Below, piece by piece: positions 1-7,979 of a stretch of 64,000 nucleotides of DNA. Position numbers and translations under genes: made by a program. Source of the stretch: Dehalococcoidia bacterium (GTDB taxonomy: Bacteria > Chloroflexota > Dehalococcoidia > SM23-28-2 > HRBIN24). Where the stretch lies: assembly GCA_032249735.1 (NCBI GenBank), contig JAVVHA010000001.1, forward strand, positions 2,588 through 66,587, given 5' to 3'. The first letter of the stretch is position 1. The number at the start of each line of letters is the position of its first letter. The notes under the pieces were generated by a model. The model saw only the letters and a list, made by a program, of their open reading frames with translations, searched no databases and was not told where the DNA came from.

Positions 1-506
1 AGGTTCTGGCTGAGGACGCGGTGGAACTCCTCCTCCCACGGCGTCAGAAAGACCTTTCGTAGCCGGCCGCCCTGTTCCACAGCCGTAGAGGCCACAATGG
101 GCGATAGGGTCTCCACCACCAAAGGCGGAGTCAAGGCAGGCGTTGCCTCCACCTCCACCAGCGCTACCGTTAGATGGACACCGCCCAACTGTACCGTGCC
201 CCCAGTAAGCAGGAACCCGGCCAGCGCCTCTACTATTGGGGAAAGGGGGGAAGATATCCACCACCAGACCGGCGGCTGCATAAGGAGGCCCCCTGGCTGT
301 TGCTGGGCGGTCCTGGGGCGTAGCCAGGAGTAGGTGAAAGGCTTGTAACGGCGGCCCCCAGATATGAGCCCTTGGTCGTGCATAGACTCGGCCAGCTCGG
401 GGTCCCACCTTCGCAGAGCGCTGTAGACGGCCCCCCGCAACAACTCCGGGTAACGCCATGGCAGGAAGAAAGGTGAAGGGTGTTCTAATGTCACTCTCAG
501 CCGCAT
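1..506 (-). CDS. cas6: CRISPR-associated endoribonuclease Cas6 (5' portion; gene runs off window edge)
   Basis: Minus-strand ATG at 504-506, open to position 1. The ORF track does not list it because there is no stop inside the window. My own translation reads MRLRVTLEHPSPFFLPWRYPELLRGAVYSALRRWDPELAESMHDQGLISGGRRYKPFTYSWLRP...TLSPIVAS.... These are typical Cas6 N-terminal ferredoxin-fold motifs (MRLxxxL, YKPFTFS, TLSPI). It overlaps the cas1 stop by 14 nt. Confidence 0.6.
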   Translation of the reverse strand, partial: MRLRVTLEHPSPFFLPWRYPELLRGAVYSALRRWDPELAESMHDQGLISGGRRYKPFTYSWLRPRTAQQQPGGLLMQPPVWWWISSPLSPIVEALAGFLLTGGTVQLGGVHLTVALVEVEATPALTPPLVVETLSPIVASTAVEQGGRLRKVFLTPWEEEFHRVLSQN

Positions 507-518
507 AACTTCACCTCC

Positions 519-1520
519 TCACCACCAGGCCTTCAGGGGCTGGTACTCTTCCATGCCGATGAGGTGGCGCACAAGCTTGTACGCCTCCAGGCGCAATAGC
601 TGACGGTAGGATACGTTGCGCTTGAGGGTACGGTGGTACACGGTGGTGGCCAACGTCTCCTCCAGGGCGCGGATGAAGGTCTTGCGGCCTTCTTCGCTCA
701 GGTAGACGCCTGCCGACTCGCCCAACGGCTCCAGGTCGTCTTTACCTATCATGTTCCGATTTACCACGCGGAAGATGACCCGATCCACGATCAGGGGCCG
801 GAACACCTCGGCGATGTCCAAGGCCAGGGAGAAGCGACGTTGTGAGGGCTCGTGCAAGTAGCTAATGGTGGGGTTGAGTTGGGTGACGTAGAGCTCGGCC
901 AGGGTAGCTGTATAAAGCAGGGTATTGCCAAAAGAGATGAGGGCGTTGATGAGGTTATCGGGCGGGCGGCGCACCCGCTGTTGGAAGGGCTCCTCCAGGT
1001 CCATGATGAGGTTGAAGGCGCCGTAATAGGCGTCCCTGGCCCTCCCCTCCACGCCCATAAGGGAGGGGATATCTCGGCATGCCTCTACTTCGGCTAAGGA
1101 GCGCTCCACCGCTGCCAGGACGGTATCCAAGTCCCGACCCCGGCGCTGGTAATAGGCCAGGTTGCGGCGCAGGTGGAATAGTGAGCCTTTGACGAACTGG
1201 CGTGCTAGATAGAGCCGCTTGGTTGGGTCGAGGTAGTGCTCCACTTGTCGCAGCAGCAGGTGCCCACTGACATTGCCCTCGCGCGGGTAGAAGCTCCCTG
1301 TGTAAAAGCCGTAATAGTTGAAGCAGTGGACCACCACCCCATGCTGGCCCAGGAAGTTCAGGAGCTTGGTGTTGAGGTCGATCTCGCCGAAAAGGTAAAG
1401 CTCGCGCACATCCTCAATGGGGATGGGGCGGCGCCCCTCCTCTTCCTCCTGCTCCAGGTAGAGGGTGTTCTGGCGGCGGCGGAGCCGACCGTTGCGGAAG
1501 AGGTAATAACTGCGCGGCAC
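519..1520 (-). CDS. cas1: CRISPR-associated endonuclease Cas1
   Basis: 333 aa; the motifs YLFGEIDLNTKLLNFLGQHGVVVHCFNYYGFYTGSFYP and the acidic N-terminal region are typical of Cas1 integrase. Confidence 0.9.
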   Translation of the reverse strand: MPRSYYLFRNGRLRRRQNTLYLEQEEEEGRRPIPIEDVRELYLFGEIDLNTKLLNFLGQHGVVVHCFNYYGFYTGSFYPREGNVSGHLLLRQVEHYLDPTKRLYLARQFVKGSLFHLRRNLAYYQRRGRDLDTVLAAVERSLAEVEACRDIPSLMGVEGRARDAYYGAFNLIMDLEEPFQQRVRRPPDNLINALISFGNTLLYTATLAELYVTQLNPTISYLHEPSQRRFSLALDIAEVFRPLIVDRVIFRVVNRNMIGKDDLEPLGESAGVYLSEEGRKTFIRALEETLATTVYHRTLKRNVSYRQLLRLEAYKLVRHLIGMEEYQPLKAWW

Positions 1521-1524
1521 AGCC

Positions 1525-2067
1525 CTACCCCCAGCACAGCTCGGCGTAGGCGCACGTCCGGCAGATGGGCATGTAGTCCATGTTGGGTGGGCTCGGCATA
1601 GCCTCTATACGCGCGATGTCCCTAAGCGCCAGGGTCACTTCCTCCTCCAGGTCCGAGGTAAGATGCACCTCCTCCCGACGGCGCTTCTTGGGGAACCGGA
1701 GCTCGCCTGTCAAGTCGCCCGCACCCAAGTGGCGCAGATAGAGCAGGTAGTAGGCCACCTGGAGGCGGGCAGCGTGTACCAGGCGACGGGAGTATTTGAC
1801 CTCCAGCACCCGCCCTTGGCCTTCTAAGACGTCCACGCGTACCAGCTCGTCCAGCATAACCTCGCGGCGGGGGAGGGGGGGATATACGCTTTCGTGCAAA
1901 AGGCGCCCCAAAAGGACCCGGTCTGATGCCCCTTCCATGCGCATCCCTTTGGCAAAGAGCCAGAGTTTGCGGTGACACACAGCCCAATAATTGACCTTGA
2001 TGCCGTTGGTGCGTAGACGCTCGAACTCCTCTGGTGTCAGCAGCGGCGGCTGATGCGGCGCCTCCAT
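1525..2067 (-). CDS. cas4: CRISPR-associated exonuclease Cas4 (RecB-like nuclease with Fe-S cysteines)
   Basis: 180 aa; N-terminal Cys in VNYWAVCHRKLWL and a C-terminal CRTCAYAELC three-Cys cluster, giving the Cas4 four-Cys pattern. It sits directly upstream of cas1. Confidence 0.85.
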   Translation of the reverse strand: MEAPHQPPLLTPEEFERLRTNGIKVNYWAVCHRKLWLFAKGMRMEGASDRVLLGRLLHESVYPPLPRREVMLDELVRVDVLEGQGRVLEVKYSRRLVHAARLQVAYYLLYLRHLGAGDLTGELRFPKKRRREEVHLTSDLEEEVTLALRDIARIEAMPSPPNMDYMPICRTCAYAELCWG

Positions 2068-2088
2068 GGCTTCCCTGCTTACCTACTC

Positions 2089-4356
2089 TCAGTCCAGCAG
2101 CACAAATGAGGCCGCATCATCCTCTTCTGGAGGACAGAGCCCCAGCTCCGCATCGTAGGGCAAGGTTGTCTCGTAACAGCCCAGGTCTTTGAGGGGAGTG
2201 AATGCGCTTGGCTGCTGCTTGAGCCAGTAGATGGGCACAGGCACCAGCAGCTCGGGTATCCGCCATCCCTCGCCCGCGTTCTTGAATTCATAGGCCTCGT
2301 CGCGGAAGACGTAAGGCAAGACCTCCACGCTGATGAGTCCACGTCTGGCCGTGAACTTCTGCTGCATCTCGGGGTCCGAGAGGTCGATGGTGTAACAGCC
2401 CTGGATGGACTGCACGTCGGAAAGGGTATCGCGCCCTTCTTGCAGCTCTTTCTGCCAGTCCGGCGCAGCTGTCACCTGCTGGTAGAGCTGGTGGGTGGCC
2501 TCGGCCAGGTCGGCATCGGTGGGGCTAGAGGGCAGGGCTCGCGCTAGCTGGAGACTCCATTCCAGGACAGAGCGCCCGTAGATGCGCTCCGCTCCCTCCG
2601 ATGGCTGGCAGAAAAGGTGCACGGGGGCCGGCGGGCGGTCGCCTCGGCGGTTCACTCGGCCCATGCGCTGCACTAAGGCATCCATGGGGGCCACCTCAGT
2701 GAACAGCACATCGTATGAGATGTCCAGGCTCACCTCGACGACCTGGGTAGCGACGAAGACGGTACCCGGCGCGGGGGACCCCACCTGCCGTTCCTTCCGC
2801 TGGCGATCCCGGAAGGTGAACCGGGAATGGAGCAGCTGCACAGCCTGAGGCCCCAATTCTTTCTTGATGGCCAGATAAAGCTCCTGCGCCTGTCGCACAG
2901 TGTTGGCCACCACGAGAACCCGGCGGCCGTTGCGGGCCGCCGCTAACACTTCCTCCACGCAGCCATCAAGAGGCGAATCGTGCAACTCTAGGCGATGCCG
3001 GGCCCGTCGCCACAGCTCAGGCTCGGCCTCGACTAGCCTCCCCTTTGGGAAAAGATCCAGCAATGCGCTGGGCAGGGTGGCGCTGGCCACGGCTAGCCGC
3101 GCTGGGTGTTCCCTCTCCAGGGCGGCCAGGAGGAGGCCCAGGGTATAGGGCTCGTAGGTGTGGACCTCGTCCACCACCATGGTAGCCTGCCTGGCCAAGG
3201 TGCGTCGTTCCTCCCAATGACGGCCGTGTAGATGGGCTAGGATGTACTGGTCGAGGGTGGCCACTGTGACGGGACGGGCGAAGACGGAGCCGAAGAGGCG
3301 GGTATCCAGCGAGTCTTGGTCTTCTTCCTGCCGCAGCATGTAGCTGGCGCGGCCGTGGGCCAGGCCCACCTGCTCTTGGCCGTAGATTTTCCGCAGACGG
3401 TACCACATGGCATTGACGGTGGCCTGAGTGGGTAGCAGATACAACAGCCTGTTGGCATTGCCTGCCCACAGCAACAGCGCCTCCGTCTTCCCTGTGCCCG
3501 TGGGTGCTCGCAGCCATAGGACGTCGTCCAGGGCCTCGCGGGCCTGGACTTGAAACCGCCTTAGCGAGAAAGAGGAGACGTGGCTAGCCACGCAGCTGTC
3601 GCCGCTGGACAAGAAGAAGACGGAGGTATCGTGCCCTTTGGCCGAGGCCAACCAGTCGGCCAGGTGCAGCACTGTCTTAACCTGGGCGAACTCCTCCACA
3701 GGCTGCTGCTGCAGACGCCCCAGGAGGCTGGTCCACCCACCCGAGCTAGACGATTGTCCAACGTCATGGAGGATGTCAGCAGGTGACCTTTTGAGTAGAG
3801 GCTTAAATTGCAATAGGAACTGGCGCGCTTGAGGCAGCGGCCCGACTCCCGCTTTCTCCAGTAGCTCCCAAACTTCCTCGATGACCTGGAGAAGGATAGG
3901 GTCATCAAGAAGGTCGGGCGCTCCGTAGCCTTTGTATAGCGCAGGGCCCAGTGGCGAGTGATGGGTCAGGACCGCCCCGGTGGCGGCCAGCGGGGCACCC
4001 TGCCATCCGTTTTCTTGCGCAAGGCGTGCCTCAGCAACCAGCACAAAGGGCAGCGATGCCAGAGCATGAGGGTAGGCCTTTGCCTTTTTTTGGTTGGCAA
4101 CGCGCCTCAAGTTCTGCAGATCCCTGTCCGGGGCGCCGCGGGTCTGTGCCTGCTCCAGGGCGCGGGCCGCCTCCATATATTCCTGAAAGCTATACGTGAC
4201 CTTGCCGATATCATGGAGGGCACAGGCGAGGAGGGCCTGCATCCTCAGCCGTTCCCCCAGCCCCAGGCGACGGGCTAGACGGTCGCCTAGCAGGAGCACG
4301 TCCCGCAGATGGTCCACCAGGGGTGTATCGGGCTTGCCTAGAAGTTGTTGACCCAT
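2089..4356 (-). CDS. cas3: CRISPR-associated helicase/nuclease Cas3 (N-terminal HD nuclease fused to DEAD/DEAH helicase)
   Basis: 755 aa; HD motif LLACALHDIGK, Walker A LRAPTGTGKTEA, DEAD-like MVVDEVH, and helicase C-terminal motifs. Confidence 0.9.
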   Translation of the reverse strand: MGQQLLGKPDTPLVDHLRDVLLLGDRLARRLGLGERLRMQALLACALHDIGKVTYSFQEYMEAARALEQAQTRGAPDRDLQNLRRVANQKKAKAYPHALASLPFVLVAEARLAQENGWQGAPLAATGAVLTHHSPLGPALYKGYGAPDLLDDPILLQVIEEVWELLEKAGVGPLPQARQFLLQFKPLLKRSPADILHDVGQSSSSGGWTSLLGRLQQQPVEEFAQVKTVLHLADWLASAKGHDTSVFFLSSGDSCVASHVSSFSLRRFQVQAREALDDVLWLRAPTGTGKTEALLLWAGNANRLLYLLPTQATVNAMWYRLRKIYGQEQVGLAHGRASYMLRQEEDQDSLDTRLFGSVFARPVTVATLDQYILAHLHGRHWEERRTLARQATMVVDEVHTYEPYTLGLLLAALEREHPARLAVASATLPSALLDLFPKGRLVEAEPELWRRARHRLELHDSPLDGCVEEVLAAARNGRRVLVVANTVRQAQELYLAIKKELGPQAVQLLHSRFTFRDRQRKERQVGSPAPGTVFVATQVVEVSLDISYDVLFTEVAPMDALVQRMGRVNRRGDRPPAPVHLFCQPSEGAERIYGRSVLEWSLQLARALPSSPTDADLAEATHQLYQQVTAAPDWQKELQEGRDTLSDVQSIQGCYTIDLSDPEMQQKFTARRGLISVEVLPYVFRDEAYEFKNAGEGWRIPELLVPVPIYWLKQQPSAFTPLKDLGCYETTLPYDAELGLCPPEEDDAASFVLLD

Positions 4357-5057
4357 GTGAAGTTCCTCCCCTGCATCTGCAGGACAGGGAACTGGGGCGA
4401 CGGCACGTCCAGCTCCACCTGCACCGGTAGAAAGCTTAGGGGGGTCATCCTTTCAGGGCTCCTGACCCCTCTATTGTCCAACCGGAAGGATAGGGGGAGG
4501 GTCTCCACCAACACGGGCTCCACGCGTAGCCCGGGCTGCAGCACGGGGCGGGGGGAGGTCGCACGCACATCCCCAGGTACTATAGTGCCCCGGAAGCGCG
4601 GCTCGCCATCGGTGGCCTCCTCAAGGGTCACATCCTCCACCAGAGCCAGCTCATCCTCCCGCCCCAAGGACAGGGGATAGACGGGATCGGCGAAGGCCTC
4701 TCTGAGCTGCTGAAGGATATCCTCAGGGCCGCCGTAGACGAGGGTGTAGCGCACAGAGAAGAGCAACTCGCGGAAATATGGTGAGCGTTCGGCTATCTTT
4801 CCACCCTTCACCTTGAGCACCGTCCACAAATCGCGGGCACGCCCCGGCTCAGCGTCAGCCCAGGCTGTCACCAAGACCTGCCGGAGGGGGCTGTCGTCGG
4901 CCCACATCTGGCGATCGGAGAGGCCAAGGGCTGCCCCGGCGATGCCCAGGAGGGTAGTAGGGGGTGGCAGGGGCAACGATCGCTGATAGTTGTGGTCCAA
5001 GGGGCGCCGGAAGGAGGCTACCGGCGCCCGCATGGTCACCCTAAGGACCATCACCAT
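4338..5057 (-). CDS. cas5: CRISPR-associated protein Cas5 (type I-B/I-A group)
   Basis: 239 aa; MRAPVASFRRP...PLPPPTTLLGIAGAALG, the Gly-rich Cas5 N-terminal signature; located between cas7 and cas3. The real start is probably an internal Met near 5033-5051. Confidence 0.7.
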   Translation of the reverse strand: MVMVLRVTMRAPVASFRRPLDHNYQRSLPLPPPTTLLGIAGAALGLSDRQMWADDSPLRQVLVTAWADAEPGRARDLWTVLKVKGGKIAERSPYFRELLFSVRYTLVYGGPEDILQQLREAFADPVYPLSLGREDELALVEDVTLEEATDGEPRFRGTIVPGDVRATSPRPVLQPGLRVEPVLVETLPLSFRLDNRGVRSPERMTPLSFLPVQVELDVPSPQFPVLQMQGRNFTWVNNF

Positions 5058-5974
5058 AGGCCTTCCACGTCCTTCTTAGCGGCTTCTATGGCCTGGTGCA
5101 CCGTAAGCACCTCGCCGTACTGGGCCAGCTTCTCCTTCACCTCGTCGGCGTTGGCGAAGACCCCTGGCTCGATGCCAAACAATGTCCGCTGGCGGTGGGG
5201 TGCGAACTTTTCCAGGGCATTGATGAGGGGTTCCAGGTCCAGCCAGTAGGAGCCGTCCTCGTAGTTGGCAGCCAGCGCCTCCAGGAAGACAGGGTGCTTG
5301 ACGCTGAGGCGGCTATAGGCCAGGAACTTGGGCGAAAGGTCGGTGAGCATGCGCGCTGTGCGACCGCCTCCCCAGAGGAGGTTCAGGGCTTCCAGAAGGG
5401 CTTGCAGCCGCCGGCGGCGCTCTTCAGCGGGGATAGAACGATCCTCATTCTCACCAATCTCTAGATGCCTGAATACACCCACTCGGTCCAGCTCCACCAG
5501 CAATGTGCCCTTGAAGAGGTTGGCGTAGAGCTCTGTCTCGAACATGTTGCCGCCAGCGGCCATCGCCTGGCCGAAGCGCTCAAAGGACCTGGTGCCTAGG
5601 TCGCGGTCGCCTTGGAAGGGGAAAAGGCCCACCGCCGCCGAGACCCGCACGGGCGAGGTCCGGCGACGTCCGCGGGAGGCGTCCATATAGCCGAAAAGGT
5701 CTTCATCGATGAACTCCCACGGCCGGACGGGTGGCGTGACCTCCTGGTTACCCCGGCCCCCCACTATGGCAAAAGGGTCCGAGAGCTGGTGGCCTAGGTC
5801 ATCGAGGCGGTCCCGCAGCATTCGCCGCAGGGCCTGCCCGGAGATGTAGGGGATGGCGCTTCCATCTGGCAGGGTCACCTTCTTGGCCACCACCACGTTG
5901 CCCTCAGTGTGCGAGGCGTTCACGTTGGCGGCCGAAACCTTTGCCAGATAGCCGATAACGATGGCCTTGCTCAT
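5051..5974 (-). CDS. cas7: CRISPR-associated backbone protein Cas7 (Csa2/Csh2-like)
   Basis: 307 aa; N-terminal SAANVNASHTEGN motif typical of the Csa2-family Cas7; positioned between cas8 and cas5. Confidence 0.75.
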   Translation of the reverse strand: MSKAIVIGYLAKVSAANVNASHTEGNVVVAKKVTLPDGSAIPYISGQALRRMLRDRLDDLGHQLSDPFAIVGGRGNQEVTPPVRPWEFIDEDLFGYMDASRGRRRTSPVRVSAAVGLFPFQGDRDLGTRSFERFGQAMAAGGNMFETELYANLFKGTLLVELDRVGVFRHLEIGENEDRSIPAEERRRRLQALLEALNLLWGGGRTARMLTDLSPKFLAYSRLSVKHPVFLEALAANYEDGSYWLDLEPLINALEKFAPHRQRTLFGIEPGVFANADEVKEKLAQYGEVLTVHQAIEAAKKDVEGLW

Positions 5975-5975
5975 G

Positions 5976-7481
5976 TCAGCCCTCCTGGGTTGGTTCGCGC
6001 CTTTCCTTGCGCAAATATGCGTTCATGGCGTAGATGGAAAGGATGGTCTTGACGCGAAGCCAGGACATGCCAGCGATGCGTTCGCCTTTCTCTATGTTCA
6101 AGAGGGCCTCAGGAACGTTCGTCTCTAGGCGGAATTGGGCATCGTTTAGGACGCGGTAGAACGCCTCGGGGTTTTTGGCGTTTCGCAGGTCATAGAGGAG
6201 CCCCATCTCCCTTTGCTCATGTGCCTTCTCGCCAAGGTGGTGGCCAAACCCCGCTAGGGTTCGCTGGAATTGCTCGTCCATTCCCATCACCTCCCGTGCA
6301 TACGCTTCTAAGATCTGAAGGGTGCCCTCCACCAAGGGCCTGCGGTTCTCCTCACGCGCCCGCACTTCGTACAGGAACTCCGCCACGCCGGGGAAAGGGT
6401 CGTCAAAGGTCAACACCGCCCAGGCGATACGGTCGCGCCACATGGTCTCCCACTTCCCCTGCCTCTGGGCTCGGAACTGTTCGAAGATGTGCACCACACG
6501 GGCGTGGCGGTTGTTGTCCAGAGGCGAGACCACGTCTAGCCATCGCTCGTAGAGGCGGAATAGGTGGTGGAGACGGGTGAACTCGCGCAGGGCAGTCATT
6601 TGGAAGGCTTGCCCTGGCTTGCCGGTGATGGCGTACAAGGTGATGGGTGGCGGTGGGGCAGGGGTGGTCCCAAGCAATCCTGCGAGCAACTGACGCCCTT
6701 CCGGGTCGAGGACGTCGGAACTGCGGGCGTGGGAGAAAAGGGCCAGCAGCAGGCCGAGGGCCGTCTCGTGCACGTAGGGGCCGGAGAAGGCCGTCGGGGC
6801 ATTCCCTCCCTTGTCCTGGCGGGCCTGTATCCAGGGGCGCAGGACGCTCCGGTGGAGTTGTGCCAGAAGCCCCAGCTCCGAGTGGAACACGAAGATGTGA
6901 AGAGCATCCTGGCCCTGGGCCTTCCACAACCAGCCCACGTAGGCGGCAGCGCCGGCCAGGGCGCAGCGGGCACAGAGCCTCGTCCCTCGCTTCAGGCCTG
7001 GATAGAAGTTGCCGAACTTGTCGGGGTCCACCAGTAGTGGCAACATCCACATCTTGGCGTCTGTCAGGGGCGCGTCCTCCCCACAGATGTCGCACGTCCC
7101 GGGCTTCTTGGTGAGGTCGAGCTTGAGGTCAAATATGGGTGGTTGAGTGGGATAGGTCTCCCCCCCAATAGTCACCTTTTGGCCGGGGGCTCCAGCTACC
7201 TTTATGAACAGGTTAGTGGGATAGACCCAGTTGGTCTTTTCGTACTCGCGGAGCTGGCCGGAGGCCAGGTCATAATAAAGGCCCTTCTTGCCTGTCTTTT
7301 GGGTGAGCTGGTCCAAGACCCAGCTGCGCACTCGGTCGATGGTGTGGTCTCCCTCCCCAAGGCCGTGGGCCAGCACCACGAGACCGGTGTCCACCCAGAA
7401 GTTGCCCGTGCTCCTCTTTAGCGCGATACTTACGGTGGTCATTTTTGGGCAAAGCGTACATGTGTTCTCTGCCGTTGTCAA
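5976..7481 (-). CDS. cas8: CRISPR-associated large subunit Cas8 (Cas8b/Cas8a1-like, N-terminal CxxC zinc finger)
   Basis: First gene of the cas operon, upstream of cas7. It has CTLC and CDIC...CARC cysteine pairs. The ORF-track start is a TTG; an in-frame ATG 13 codons downstream (about 7442) is the more likely start, giving 488 aa. The subtype assignment is by position only. Confidence 0.55.
   Translation of the reverse strand: MTTAENTCTLCPKMTTVSIALKRSTGNFWVDTGLVVLAHGLGEGDHTIDRVRSWVLDQLTQKTGKKGLYYDLASGQLREYEKTNWVYPTNLFIKVAGAPGQKVTIGGETYPTQPPIFDLKLDLTKKPGTCDICGEDAPLTDAKMWMLPLLVDPDKFGNFYPGLKRGTRLCARCALAGAAAYVGWLWKAQGQDALHIFVFHSELGLLAQLHRSVLRPWIQARQDKGGNAPTAFSGPYVHETALGLLLALFSHARSSDVLDPEGRQLLAGLLGTTPAPPPPITLYAITGKPGQAFQMTALREFTRLHHLFRLYERWLDVVSPLDNNRHARVVHIFEQFRAQRQGKWETMWRDRIAWAVLTFDDPFPGVAEFLYEVRAREENRRPLVEGTLQILEAYAREVMGMDEQFQRTLAGFGHHLGEKAHEQREMGLLYDLRNAKNPEAFYRVLNDAQFRLETNVPEALLNIEKGERIAGMSWLRVKTILSIYAMNAYLRKERREPTQEG
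7440..7481 (-). promoter_or_regulatory. Putative sigma-70-type promoter of the cas operon with a near-leaderless start (TTGACA-17nt-TACGCT, then about 10 nt to the ATG)
   Basis: The minus-strand sequence reads cTTGACAacggcagagaacacatgTACGCTttgcccaaaaATG. The -35 box coincides with the ORF-track TTG, and the -10 lies 10 nt before the internal ATG. The element overlaps the stop region of the upstream ClbS-like gene. Confidence 0.35.
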
Positions 7482-7496
7482 GCCTTGTGGGCTGGT

Positions 7497-7976
7497 TTAC
7501 TGATGGGGCTGGGGCGGTTGTGGGAGCAGGCGTTGGCGCCACTGCCGTAGGTGGGCGGCGTGCTCCTGGTAGTGCCCCCAGGTGTCCCAGCGCAGGCGGC
7601 GTCGCAGCCGGGCCTCGGTGCGCCCGGGGATGTAGGGCAGGCTGGCCAGGCACTGCATGAGGCGATGGTGGACGTCGTGGGCCCGCTGCCAGGTCTGGAC
7701 CAGGGAGAGGCCACGCCAATGCTCCTGCTGGCGCGCGTTGAAGGCATCGATGTTGCCGTAGCGGGGCAGGGGCTTCCCCGCCAGAATGATGGGGGCGGCC
7801 TTGATGAACTCCTCCTCCCAGGTGGCGATGTGGCAGAGGAGGTCGCGGGCCGACCAGTGGCCCACGGCCCCAGGCTGCGTCATCTCCTCCTCCGACAGCC
7901 CATCCAGCAGGGCCATGAGCGCCCGCCATTCCGAGTCCACCAGCGCCAACAGCTCTTCCCGTGTGCGGCCCGGCAC
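7497..7976 (-). CDS. ClbS/DfsB-family four-helix-bundle protein (DUF1706)
   Basis: 159 aa; the pattern EEMTQPGAVGHWSARDLLCHIATWEEEF matches the ClbS/DfsB consensus (PGxxGxWSxKDxLAHxxxW). Confidence 0.7.
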   Translation of the reverse strand: MPGRTREELLALVDSEWRALMALLDGLSEEEMTQPGAVGHWSARDLLCHIATWEEEFIKAAPIILAGKPLPRYGNIDAFNARQQEHWRGLSLVQTWQRAHDVHHRLMQCLASLPYIPGRTEARLRRRLRWDTWGHYQEHAAHLRQWRQRLLPQPPQPHQ

Positions 7977-7979
7977 GTG

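Noticed and set aside
97-333. 78-aa plus-strand ORF listed in the track
   Set aside because: It lies antisense inside the much better supported Cas6 reading frame, and its translation has no recognisable features.
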